A stretch of DNA of 64,000 nucleotides from an uncultured Pseudomonadota bacterium (GTDB taxonomy: Bacteria > Pseudomonadota > Alphaproteobacteria > Rs-D84), in contig OOHL01000003.1 of the NCBI GenBank assembly GCA_900321105.1, positions 17,516 to 81,515 of the forward strand. Direction: 5' to 3'. A program made the translations under genes and the position numbers. Shown piece after piece: positions 1 to 9,114 of this stretch. Numbering within the stretch: position 1 is the first letter of the stretch; every line of letters starts with the position of its first letter. The notes under the pieces were generated by a model that was not told the origin of the DNA, did not search any database, and saw only the letters and a program-made list of their open reading frames with translations.

Positions 1-1249
1 GCGTGTCACCGCATGTACCGATGAATTCAAAGCCTGTATCCAAGACGATGAAAGATGCGGCGAAGATTATTCAAAATGTATTGGATTGGATGAAAATGAT
101 ATTGCTGAACTTTGTCCTGATGATAAATTAACAGCATGTTATCATGAATATGACGGTAAAAAAGAAACAGTACGTGAAACATTGGCAAATGTTGCGAACG
201 GCATAATGTTACAGATTCATTCTGGTTTGGCAGATGCGTGCGAGAACGCAGTCAAAGAAGCGATGATAAAAACATGTGGTAATGCCGAAAATTGTAATGA
301 TTTAATAGTCGGTGACAAGGTTGGATCAAGAAGTTTGGAATTAAAGTTCTGTGAAGTTAATGATGCAAATAATATGTATGCGAATTGCAAAACAGATATC
401 AAAGAAATTATGGATAAAGAATTGGGTAAAACAATTCGTAATGCCGATTTATCAAAAACTAAAAATGACAGACATATTTATACAGGTCTGATATTGGGCG
501 ACATATTATGGAATCAAATAACCCCGTTGCCAGATTATTCCGGTGTTATTTCTGGGGATGAATATATAGAAAAAGTGAAAGACATCGTTTATATGGATGA
601 TAAAACCAAAGACAAAGTTAAAACAGAAGTCGGAGCAATAACAAATATGATAAAAAGCACTATTGCCACCGTAGAGACGGATCCGCGTGTACAATTTTGT
701 ATGACTGGTCGTCAGGTCGCAGGTCTTACTGGCGATGGTGGTTTACAACAATATATTGGCAAAGAAAATAATGCAACCTTTCCAAATATTACACAAAGTG
801 CACGTGTCGCAATTGTTAATGGTGCATTACTTGCCGCACAAAAATATTACAATAACAAATATGATGAATTGATTCAGAAAGCAATTGATGCAAATGCACA
901 ACTTCGCGCGCGTTATGCAGAAATTGATGATGCTAATTTCCATCTTGATGTTCAAGACAGCGCCCGTCAAAAATGTATGGCATTGGGTGAACGCGCTGCA
1001 TTTTCTGACAAGGTCAGTGGTCGTGGCGCCAAAAATGAAATTGTCCGTTCAGGTGGCAAAGATGATAAGTTTGTCGGTTATTCCACAGAATCTACATATA
1101 ATTTCAAACGTCAAGTCACTACAACTTTCAGTATGGATAAAATGATTTGCACAAAATGTGTGCGAACCCAAGAATGCTTTATAACAAAAAGAGATTACTG
1201 TAAAGAATGGGATGAAGAAGAAGAAACCTGTGAAGAGATAAAATATTAA
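1..1249 (+). CDS. C-terminal part of a cysteine-rich secreted protein of the paralogous family; the 5' end lies upstream of the window
   Basis: The frame is open from position 2 with no stop before the listed 86 start. The translation ...ACTDEFKACIQDDERCGEDYSKCIGLDENDIAELCPDDKLTAC aligns with CTKEIKECMQSGDRCGSDYSQCIGLDTNIIMRMCPYDKLPGC of ORF 1252-4002 and the equivalent in ORF 19857-22355. It shares the QFCMTGRQVAG motif and a Cys-rich C-terminus ending CEEIKY. Confidence 0.75.
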   Translation, partial: RVTACTDEFKACIQDDERCGEDYSKCIGLDENDIAELCPDDKLTACYHEYDGKKETVRETLANVANGIMLQIHSGLADACENAVKEAMIKTCGNAENCNDLIVGDKVGSRSLELKFCEVNDANNMYANCKTDIKEIMDKELGKTIRNADLSKTKNDRHIYTGLILGDILWNQITPLPDYSGVISGDEYIEKVKDIVYMDDKTKDKVKTEVGAITNMIKSTIATVETDPRVQFCMTGRQVAGLTGDGGLQQYIGKENNATFPNITQSARVAIVNGALLAAQKYYNNKYDELIQKAIDANAQLRARYAEIDDANFHLDVQDSARQKCMALGERAAFSDKVSGRGAKNEIVRSGGKDDKFVGYSTESTYNFKRQVTTTFSMDKMICTKCVRTQECFITKRDYCKEWDEEEETCEEIKY

Positions 1250-1251
1250 AA

Positions 1252-4002
1252 ATGAAATTGTTTTTGAAAATCTTTATCGCGATTGTTTTGATGGGTAATG
1301 TTTATCCAGCGTTTTCTGCGCGTTCTACTGTTGCGAAACAAAGTGTTGTAAGTATGGGAACAAAAATAGAAGAATCGAAAGCAACACAATCTTCACCTTG
1401 TCAGGAAAAATATGATGCATGTATGGATGCCGGTTGTATTATTGATAATGACAGTGGTGGTCGTTGTCAATGCAGTAATCAAATCAAAGATTTAAATGCA
1501 CAATTAAAACAAATTGAAAAAGATTTTAAAAAGACTGTCGATTTATCTAATGATACACTGGACAGAATCAGTGCCGGTGATATGGTAAATGAAGCATTTG
1601 ATAAATCTGGATTCAATGATGATGACGAAGACGATGAAGATTTGGAAACAGCAAGTGATTCAATCGGTGATAAATTACGCAGTGAAATGCATCAAATATG
1701 TGCTGAAAAAATCCCAGAATGTAAATCGCAATTAACACTGATTAAAAATATGTATGCGCAAAAGGTTAAATCTGATTGTGCTGCATTTGAAAACGCATTA
1801 AAACAACGTGGACGTGAAGGTCGTGCAACGTTGGCAGCGGCGGAAAAAAATGTGCGTGATGCGGCGCTTGATAAATATCAAAATGATAATAAATATGATT
1901 TGGGTCAATGCACATTAGAATTCACAAAATGTATGCAAACAACCGCAGAATGTGGAAGTGATTTCACGGGTTGTGTTTCGACTGTCGGTAAAGAAAGTAT
2001 TTATGGCGGTGTCAAAAATACTGTCGCGATACAGGGGGAAAACTCTTCTATTATAATTGCAAAATCAACAATGGAGATGTTGGAATCTAAAAAAATAATC
2101 TGCGATTCTGTATTGAATAATTGTAAAAAAGTTAAAGATGATGTTTGGGATGCGTTCCTTAAAAACGCTGCACCACAAATTAAATTGGCAGAATCAAAAT
2201 CAGAATCAAATATTCGCACATCTTGTTTGAATAATATTTCGGATTGTTTTGTGAACGCGTGTAAAGATACAATTGACGGAAATGATTCTTATGATGCGTG
2301 TTTAAGTCGTCCGGAAATGGTAAAATCTTTCTGTCGTGTTGAATTGGAACCGTGTTTGGCCGCAACCGGTGGGACATACGATAATCCAGAAAGTTCGACT
2401 TTGTGGCCAAGTATATTGGCAAAATTATCTGCGATGCGTGTTGATTCTTGTACCAAAGAAATCAAAGAATGTATGCAAAGCGGTGACAGATGTGGTTCTG
2501 ATTATTCACAATGTATCGGATTGGATACAAATATAATTATGCGTATGTGTCCGTATGATAAATTACCCGGATGTCAAAAGGTTTATGGCAAAGAACGGGT
2601 GCAGGGTGATGATATTTATGACGAAGTCGCCCAGATTATCGAAGGCACAATATTGAATATTGATAATGAAATGTTGGCAACGTGTGAAACGGCTGTGGAT
2701 AACGCGATGTCAAAGGTTTGCGGTGATACAGAAAGTTGTGCGGCATATGCATTGGGAACAAAAATCGGTGCACAATCTTTGGAATATCGTGTATGTCAAT
2801 ATTCGACAGATTCCCCAGATTCAACCAAGGGATTCAAATGGTTTGATTGTCGTCCGGACATTGAAAGTATTTCAGATTATGAATTGGGACGTAATAAAAA
2901 TGCCACATCGGAAGAATTGGGTTATGTTGCGCCATTTGCCGGTGTTATAACTGGTGTTATTAAATGGGAAAGTGTTGAAATTACAGATGACGGTATGATT
3001 GATGTCGATGCATATGTCGCCGCATTGGATAATGAAAAAGACATTGATATTACCGACCGTGACAAAGAATTAGTTCGTGACGAATTAAATCAATTACAAA
3101 ACGATATCAATCGTGTTATTAAACAGGTAGAAAGCGATAACTTTGTTCAATATTGTATAACCGGACGTCAGGTTCAGGGTGTCACAGATATGTTCAAAGA
3201 TAACAAAGTCCGTTTTCCAAAATTATCAAACACAATACGTAAGAACATAGCCAATGCCGCCCTGCAACAGGCCAAAGATAATTATTATCGTAAATACGAT
3301 AAATTGGCGGAACAAATGCAAACCGATATGGCCGCTATAAATGTCAGATTACATGAAAATCTTAAACTTAATGGTGAAGATGCTAAAAGAATTGCTGCTA
3401 GGGCAGCATGTGTTAATATTGCTTCTATAGCTGTTTTTTCTAAAGCCCCCGTTGGTCAATCATTATGGGCAAAGATTGTTATTGGAATAATAGTTGTTGC
3501 GGCAATAGTTGTGGCAACAGTATTTACGGCCGGTGCAGCAACAGGTGCTATTGCTGGTATTGCTGCTTTTTCTACAACTACTACTCTTACAACTACTGTT
3601 ACAACTTCGTTAGGCGTAATGACGTTAACCGCAACAGTTCCAACGCTTACAGGGGTAGGCAGTGTTATCGTTGCTGCCACAGCTGGGGCTGCTGCTGTGG
3701 CTGGGGTTGCGGGGGCGGCCGCCACTGCTGCACAAGCAGCGGAAGCAGAAAGACAAAATGCTGCATTTATTGATTCGCAACAAAAAAAGCAAGCAGAAAC
3801 ACATGGTGAAAATTTCTTTAGAGAATGGAATTATATGGAAAAAATTACAACCGATTTCGATGATAAAACAATGGTTTGTAAAAAATGTATTTCAAAACGT
3901 TATTGTGAACAAACAAAATGGTCCTTGTTTACCGACAGAACATGCAAAAAATGGGAAACCGACGATTTTGTCGATGAACGTTGCACCGATGTTCAATTTT
4001 AA
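1252..4002 (+). CDS. Cysteine-rich secreted/surface protein, paralogous family member (916 aa)
   Basis: N-terminal signal peptide (MKLFLKIFIAIVLMGNVYPAFSA). Carries the conserved C..KYDACMD..C...GG.C.CS motif, an acidic patch (NDDDEDDEDLE) and the CxSDFxGC, VWDAFL, CLSRPEMVKSFC, DRCGSDYSQCIGLD and QYCITGRQVQG motifs. Has a 90-aa Gly/Ala/Thr/Val hydrophobic low-complexity segment and a C-terminal CKKC..C..C..C terminus. It starts 2 bp after the preceding paralog's stop. Confidence 0.8.
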   Translation: MKLFLKIFIAIVLMGNVYPAFSARSTVAKQSVVSMGTKIEESKATQSSPCQEKYDACMDAGCIIDNDSGGRCQCSNQIKDLNAQLKQIEKDFKKTVDLSNDTLDRISAGDMVNEAFDKSGFNDDDEDDEDLETASDSIGDKLRSEMHQICAEKIPECKSQLTLIKNMYAQKVKSDCAAFENALKQRGREGRATLAAAEKNVRDAALDKYQNDNKYDLGQCTLEFTKCMQTTAECGSDFTGCVSTVGKESIYGGVKNTVAIQGENSSIIIAKSTMEMLESKKIICDSVLNNCKKVKDDVWDAFLKNAAPQIKLAESKSESNIRTSCLNNISDCFVNACKDTIDGNDSYDACLSRPEMVKSFCRVELEPCLAATGGTYDNPESSTLWPSILAKLSAMRVDSCTKEIKECMQSGDRCGSDYSQCIGLDTNIIMRMCPYDKLPGCQKVYGKERVQGDDIYDEVAQIIEGTILNIDNEMLATCETAVDNAMSKVCGDTESCAAYALGTKIGAQSLEYRVCQYSTDSPDSTKGFKWFDCRPDIESISDYELGRNKNATSEELGYVAPFAGVITGVIKWESVEITDDGMIDVDAYVAALDNEKDIDITDRDKELVRDELNQLQNDINRVIKQVESDNFVQYCITGRQVQGVTDMFKDNKVRFPKLSNTIRKNIANAALQQAKDNYYRKYDKLAEQMQTDMAAINVRLHENLKLNGEDAKRIAARAACVNIASIAVFSKAPVGQSLWAKIVIGIIVVAAIVVATVFTAGAATGAIAGIAAFSTTTTLTTTVTTSLGVMTLTATVPTLTGVGSVIVAATAGAAAVAGVAGAAATAAQAAEAERQNAAFIDSQQKKQAETHGENFFREWNYMEKITTDFDDKTMVCKKCISKRYCEQTKWSLFTDRTCKKWETDDFVDERCTDVQF

Positions 4003-4971
4003 TTAATCTAATTCATCCAATGATTTGATTACACGAACACCCATGTTTTCAAATTTGTTAATGGTGTCTTCGATGTCCATGATGTTTTGTGATTGCAGAT
4101 AAAGGACCGGTATCAAACCATTTTGTTTGCCCAGGTCAATTAAATCGTTTATTGGTGAATCAATTTGTTTGCCAGCTGCAAACCATGTGTTATTATCCAT
4201 TACCCAGAAATCACCATCGTTATGTTCGTATATAACATATTTTTCAGTTGCCACAAATTCTTTATATGTTTCGAATTCTATGTTTTTTGATGCAAAATAT
4301 TTTGTGGTGTTGTTTTCCAATGGTTTTTCTTCGGGTTCGTCATCAAAATTTATGTCTGTGAATGTTGGAATTTTTATGTTTTCTGAATCGCTTTCATCCA
4401 AAGATTCCGATATATCAAAATCTGTCGGTATATTAAATGTGTTTTCTATATCGGTGTTTTCAGATTTATCATTTTTTTCTGTGGTTGGTTTTGTGTTTTG
4501 TTTGTTATATACAGAAACAACCCCCATTAACGACATATTATTTTTTGCGCGCATATATGGAACACGCAATTCGGGCGGCATATCAGACGGATATTCAGGT
4601 TGAAGTGGTTCTTCTGATTTTTCTTCAACGATTGGTTCGGTTGGTTTTTCCACTTCTTTTTTCTTTGGTAAATATTTTGATATGAATTCAACGATTTTAT
4701 CAACAAAAGGTATCGCAATTACCAATTCTTTTTTGCGATAAATTGTTGCGGTTGTCGCAATGTATATTGGAATTGCAGTATATATCAACAACCCAAACAC
4801 AAAGCCGCCAAAACCATGCAATGTAGAATGAAAAAATTTCCACCAATAATGTGCGTTGAACATATCGAATTTAAATACAAATCGCAATATTAACCACAAT
4901 ACAAAAAAATACCAGAATGTCCATTTGGCAATAATTATGTTTGATTTAATAAATTCAATAATCTTTTTCAT
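4003..4971 (-). CDS. Hypothetical membrane protein with 2-3 N-terminal TM helices and an acidic, low-complexity C-terminal half
   Basis: 322-aa ORF with strongly hydrophobic N-terminal segments (WTFWYFFVLWLILRFVF, GFGGFVFGLLIYTAIPIYIATTA) and a D/E/S/N-rich region. No recognisable catalytic motif. Confidence 0.5.
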   Translation of the reverse strand: MKKIIEFIKSNIIIAKWTFWYFFVLWLILRFVFKFDMFNAHYWWKFFHSTLHGFGGFVFGLLIYTAIPIYIATTATIYRKKELVIAIPFVDKIVEFISKYLPKKKEVEKPTEPIVEEKSEEPLQPEYPSDMPPELRVPYMRAKNNMSLMGVVSVYNKQNTKPTTEKNDKSENTDIENTFNIPTDFDISESLDESDSENIKIPTFTDINFDDEPEEKPLENNTTKYFASKNIEFETYKEFVATEKYVIYEHNDGDFWVMDNNTWFAAGKQIDSPINDLIDLGKQNGLIPVLYLQSQNIMDIEDTINKFENMGVRVIKSLDELD

Positions 4972-5069
4972 ATTACTATTATAGACAATATAAACAATTT
5001 GTCAATATTTTTAAAACAAATATTATTTTGCATATTTTTTAAAAAAAACTTTTTTTAGGGGTCTCTGTA

Positions 5070-5078
5070 TGATATAAT
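5070..5078 (+). promoter_or_regulatory. Candidate extended -10 promoter element (TGaTATAAT) upstream of ORF 5107
   Basis: TGATATAAT lies 29 bp upstream of the ATG, followed by a GGGGGA Shine-Dalgarno at 5095-5100. The -35 is weak. Confidence 0.35.
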
Positions 5079-5106
5079 ATGTTCATAAGAATTTGGGGGA
5101 AATACT

Positions 5107-7254
5107 ATGAAAATGTTGAATTTATTTGGGAAATCAATGGTCAGTGTTGCTGTTTTGGCAACGTGTTGTGGCGCAAATGCTGCACAAAACGGTCGTGTCA
5201 GTATGATGCCGGCGGTTGATTCTGCATCAAGTGCACGTATGCCAACAATGCCGGTTGTATCTTTGAACACTATCGGAAATCCGGCGGTTCAAACAATAAG
5301 CCAACCGGTCGAGGCTACATATAATCACGAAGTTATGCCAACACCTCCGACACCACCAACCCCGGACCCAAAACCAATATCTGAATGTCCAGATGGTGGC
5401 GTGAAAAATTCAACATATACTATTTCCATGTGTATGAATGACGTCTTGCAATGCGTTAATACCGGCGCACTTCAAGGTGGTTTGAACGATTTGTTCAACG
5501 AAGATGTGCGTAATTCAATTATGGGTGGCATGAAATTATGTCAGGCTTCGGTTGATAAATGTATTTCCGACGTTCGTGTAAACTGCCGTAATGTTTATGC
5601 TGAAAGCAACGATGTGTGGCTTGATTTCAATTCCAGAATTGTTCAACCAGAATATTATAACTTTGTTTTACGTAAAACAGGTTTGACACCAAATCAGGCT
5701 GAAAATACATGCTTGTTATTGGATCGCAATACATATGGTTCATCGTTCTCTGCGGTGTCTGATACAAATGTTGTAAATACTGAATATAACAACAAGGTCG
5801 GTGCATATAACGAAGCTAACGGTGGAATTCTTTCCAAAGATAATCCACAAGGTGTCGCGGTTAATACTGTTGGATACGATGGAAATCGTGGCCATTATGC
5901 ACGTTGGGATGCGGCAAAGGCTGAATGTTTGATTCGTGTTGCGGCATATAACAAAGATAAATTGATTACAAACAGTTGGTTGTTCGGTGCCGTTGGTAAT
6001 GATAACCCGGCAGAAGTTTGGGAAAAAGCAGGTTCAACATTTACATGCAGCAAAGAATTGTTTGATTTCGATTCATTGTTGAATGATACAAAGACCGCTG
6101 CTGTTATCGCGGTTCCAGGTGGTGCTGTGTTGGGTACTGCAATTGGTGCAGCCGCCGGGGCAGGTGCTTATAAAAAGAAAGCTGCTGCTGCCGAAGAATT
6201 ATTAGATTCTTCTTATGAAGATCCTTGTACGGCTGGTGATGATCAGGGCAAACGGTATCGTCAAATATTGGGTTCAGCCATCAGGGGCAAAGAGTATTCG
6301 TTACAGGGATATCTTTGTGAAAATGTGAAGGCTAACGAAGAAAAACAAAATGTTGAATGTAAAAGTTATGATACAATCGATTCATATAATATAAGCGTAA
6401 AGCAATGTAAAGACATACATAATTTGTTTGCCAAGGCTGAATTATACAGAGCGGCGCATAAGGCATGTCAGGACAGGGTATCACCAGAAATGATTTCGCG
6501 TGTGGTTGGCAATGTTTGTGTCGAAGGTGAATATTCTTGTAAAGATGCCAGTGGTAACATCATTACAGCTGAAAATATGAAAAACAACCAGAGCTATGAT
6601 TTATATCAACAATACATAGAATATAAAAACAATTGTTCATTTAAACCGTTGTTAATGTTATTTTCGTTACAAGACCAAGATCCTTTGTGCAAAACAAACA
6701 AAGACTGTGTCTCTTATGAATACAGCAAGAAAGAATTGGTAGAATTAGACAATTTCCTGGCTGGTATAGAAAGCGTTGTTGATAAAAACGCCTTGAAAGT
6801 TGCAAAACAAATCAAAGAAAATGAAAAGTTAAGCAAAGGCAAAGAAATCGGCAAGGGTGCAGCGATTGGTTTGGCAACTGGTGCCGCCGCCGGTGGTGTT
6901 GCAACAGCAATCACAGCATTTGTAGAACGCAGCAACATTACATGTAAAGTTGGTGATGGTCTGAATTCTGTTGCATTGGGCAAGGCGCACACTATCGATT
7001 CCTTGAAAGATTTCTATGTGAAATGGAATCTGCATTTGCCAGATACAGTATCGCCAACATCTGCAGTTTCTACAAAGGCAGATTGGGAACAAGCATGCAG
7101 CCAATTCAATAACAAATTGACAGATTGTCCAAAGGTTCAAATTAACCTGAAAGACACAAATGGTAAATATACATTGGTACCATCTGCATGTAAAGTTTCT
7201 GGAAATGTTTGTATCGTAAATGATTCAGTTATGACATCAAACGGTATACAATAA
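5107..7254 (+). CDS. Secreted cysteine-rich protein of a distinct type from the main family, with a Pro/Thr linker and two Gly/Ala zipper segments
   Basis: Signal peptide (MKMLNLFGKSMVSVAVLATCCGANA). Has a PTPPTPPTPDPKP linker and about 30 Cys. Two hydrophobic G/A-rich segments are present (TAAVIAVPGGAVLGTAIGAAAGAGA and GAAIGLATGAAAGGVATAITAFV). A hairpin terminator follows. Confidence 0.7.
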   Translation: MKMLNLFGKSMVSVAVLATCCGANAAQNGRVSMMPAVDSASSARMPTMPVVSLNTIGNPAVQTISQPVEATYNHEVMPTPPTPPTPDPKPISECPDGGVKNSTYTISMCMNDVLQCVNTGALQGGLNDLFNEDVRNSIMGGMKLCQASVDKCISDVRVNCRNVYAESNDVWLDFNSRIVQPEYYNFVLRKTGLTPNQAENTCLLLDRNTYGSSFSAVSDTNVVNTEYNNKVGAYNEANGGILSKDNPQGVAVNTVGYDGNRGHYARWDAAKAECLIRVAAYNKDKLITNSWLFGAVGNDNPAEVWEKAGSTFTCSKELFDFDSLLNDTKTAAVIAVPGGAVLGTAIGAAAGAGAYKKKAAAAEELLDSSYEDPCTAGDDQGKRYRQILGSAIRGKEYSLQGYLCENVKANEEKQNVECKSYDTIDSYNISVKQCKDIHNLFAKAELYRAAHKACQDRVSPEMISRVVGNVCVEGEYSCKDASGNIITAENMKNNQSYDLYQQYIEYKNNCSFKPLLMLFSLQDQDPLCKTNKDCVSYEYSKKELVELDNFLAGIESVVDKNALKVAKQIKENEKLSKGKEIGKGAAIGLATGAAAGGVATAITAFVERSNITCKVGDGLNSVALGKAHTIDSLKDFYVKWNLHLPDTVSPTSAVSTKADWEQACSQFNNKLTDCPKVQINLKDTNGKYTLVPSACKVSGNVCIVNDSVMTSNGIQ

Positions 7255-7277
7255 GAAACAATATAACAAATTAAAAA

Positions 7278-7305
7278 GAACACCGACATTGTCGGTGTTT
7301 TTTTG
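7278..7305 (+). terminator. Rho-independent terminator after ORF 5107-7254
   Basis: The hairpin aacaccgacattgtcggtgtt is followed by a T-run. Confidence 0.7.
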
Positions 7306-7335
7306 TTTAACAAACAAGAAGAATTGAAACTGTTT

Positions 7336-8436
7336 TTATGCGGCCTTCTTCATACCTTGTTTTATATCGCGAACATATTTACGCAATTCATCAATTGGAA
7401 CCAATGTGCCATCTTTCTTTTGTGCTGACCAATAATCCCAACCATTAAAACTGACACTGTGTTGTATGCGTGCCGCCATAACATGTATGGATGCCTTGCC
7501 ATATAATGTATGCATCAATTGGCCATCGTGTGTAATCATAACGCGGTCGCCACGTGGTCCAACCAACGTTTGGCCGACATATAATAAGCCACTATCAATC
7601 AATTCGCGGAAATTAACCTTGATTGCATCGCGTTTTGGCGCGGATACTTCAATATCTGACAAATCGATTGGTGTAATTTTCTCAACACGTTCACGCGCCG
7701 CATTGACATATGTTTCTTCGCGATCAATACCGATAAATTGACGGCCTAATTCTTTTGCAGCCGCCGCAGTTGTTCCGGAACCCACAAAAGGATCCAAGAT
7801 AATATCACCTGGTTTTGTGGATGATAAAATCACGCGGCGCAATAAATCCATCGGCTTTTGTGTATTGTGCAAACTTTTTCCGTTTGCATCCTTTACACGT
7901 TCTTCGCCCAAGCATATATTTATATCCCAATCAGAACGCATCTGTTTTCCGCCGTTCAATTTTTTCATCGTTTCATAATTGAAAGTATATTTACCTGTTT
8001 TTGTCGGTGTTGCCCATATCAATGTTTCATGTGCGTTTGTAAATCGTGTCCCACGAAAATTAGGCATAGGATTTGTCTTTACCCAAACAATATCATTTAA
8101 AATCCAAAATCCCATATCTTGCAAAATAGAACCCACGCGGAATATGTTGTGATATGAACCAACAACCCACATTGCACCGGTTGGTTTTAAAATTCTTTTA
8201 CATTCACGCATCCAATCGCGTGTAAATTCATCATATTTTTCGTTAGATTCAAATGTATCCCAACTGTCACGAACTGCACGTGCAGCCGTTTGATCTTCGG
8301 GACGATAAAGCGTTTTTTCCCCCAGTTGTAAATTATACGGTGAATCTGCAAAAATTGCATCAACGGATGCATCAGGAATCTTGCGCATTATATCTATACA
8401 ATCACCGCACAAAATTTTGTTAAGGTATTTTTGCAT
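7336..8436 (-). CDS. ccrM: CcrM-type beta-class N6-adenine DNA methyltransferase, an orphan with no adjacent restriction enzyme
   Basis: N-terminal FADSPYN (DPPY-type motif IV) precedes LDPFVGSGTT (motif I). At 366 aa it includes the C-terminal extension typical of CcrM. Confidence 0.75.
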   Translation of the reverse strand: MQKYLNKILCGDCIDIMRKIPDASVDAIFADSPYNLQLGEKTLYRPEDQTAARAVRDSWDTFESNEKYDEFTRDWMRECKRILKPTGAMWVVGSYHNIFRVGSILQDMGFWILNDIVWVKTNPMPNFRGTRFTNAHETLIWATPTKTGKYTFNYETMKKLNGGKQMRSDWDINICLGEERVKDANGKSLHNTQKPMDLLRRVILSSTKPGDIILDPFVGSGTTAAAAKELGRQFIGIDREETYVNAARERVEKITPIDLSDIEVSAPKRDAIKVNFRELIDSGLLYVGQTLVGPRGDRVMITHDGQLMHTLYGKASIHVMAARIQHSVSFNGWDYWSAQKKDGTLVPIDELRKYVRDIKQGMKKAA

Positions 8437-8610
8437 TTTCTCTCGTTCCCCTGGGCTTTGTGTCCCGTTTGTTTATAGATATTTTATCATATTTTAGGGT
8501 TATAAAAAAGCCTCCATCGAATCGGTTTTGAAAAAAAACACTTGATTTTTATAAAAAAGCAATTTTTTTATGCTTTACTTATCAATGAATTTTTTCTAAT
8601 CTTAAAGATT

Positions 8611-9111
8611 ATGAGATGTCCATATTGTAATTCTACTGACAGTCGTGTGGCGGATTCGCGCCCAGATATCGAAGACGCGATTATTCGCCGTCGTCGTGTT
8701 TGCAATCAATGCGGTGCTAAATTTACTACGGTTGAACGTATTCAAATGCGCGATTTGATTGTTCGTAAAAACAGTGGAAAAACAGAACCTTTTGATCGTG
8801 ATAAATTATATCGCAGCATTAAATTGGCTTGCCGTAATCGTGATGTTAAGGACGAACAGATTGAACGTTTGGTTGCATCAATTCAACGTCGTCTTGAAAC
8901 CGAAAGCGAAGACGATATGGTGACCAGTGCGATGGTTGGACAAATGGTATCTGATTCTTTATTAAACTTGGATCCAATCGCATTTATAAGATTTGTGTCG
9001 GTATATCGTAAATTTTCCAAGGTTTCAGATTTTAAAAAAATCATAAGTCAAATTCCAGAGGCAGACGAAGATGCAATCGTTTGCGAATTACCAAAGACTT
9101 CTTTGTTCTGA
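8611..9111 (+). CDS. nrdR: Transcriptional repressor NrdR
   Basis: MRCPYCNSTDSRVADSRP zinc-ribbon N-terminus plus an ATP-cone. The listed ORF start at 8542 is an upstream extension; the true start is taken at MRCPY. Confidence 0.9.
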   Translation: MRCPYCNSTDSRVADSRPDIEDAIIRRRRVCNQCGAKFTTVERIQMRDLIVRKNSGKTEPFDRDKLYRSIKLACRNRDVKDEQIERLVASIQRRLETESEDDMVTSAMVGQMVSDSLLNLDPIAFIRFVSVYRKFSKVSDFKKIISQIPEADEDAIVCELPKTSLF

Positions 9112-9114
9112 GAT

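Noticed and set aside
3456-3773. ORFs 3456-3725 (-) and 3465-3773 (+) encoding Ala/Val/Cys-rich peptides
   Set aside because: They are frame artefacts of the GC-rich low-complexity segment inside the real gene 1252-4002. They have no independent start context.
7466-8372. Several 60-90-aa ORFs antisense or out of frame within ccrM (7466-7741, 7858-8100, 8187-8372)
   Set aside because: They are embedded in a well-supported methyltransferase gene and have low-complexity translations, so they are treated as noise.
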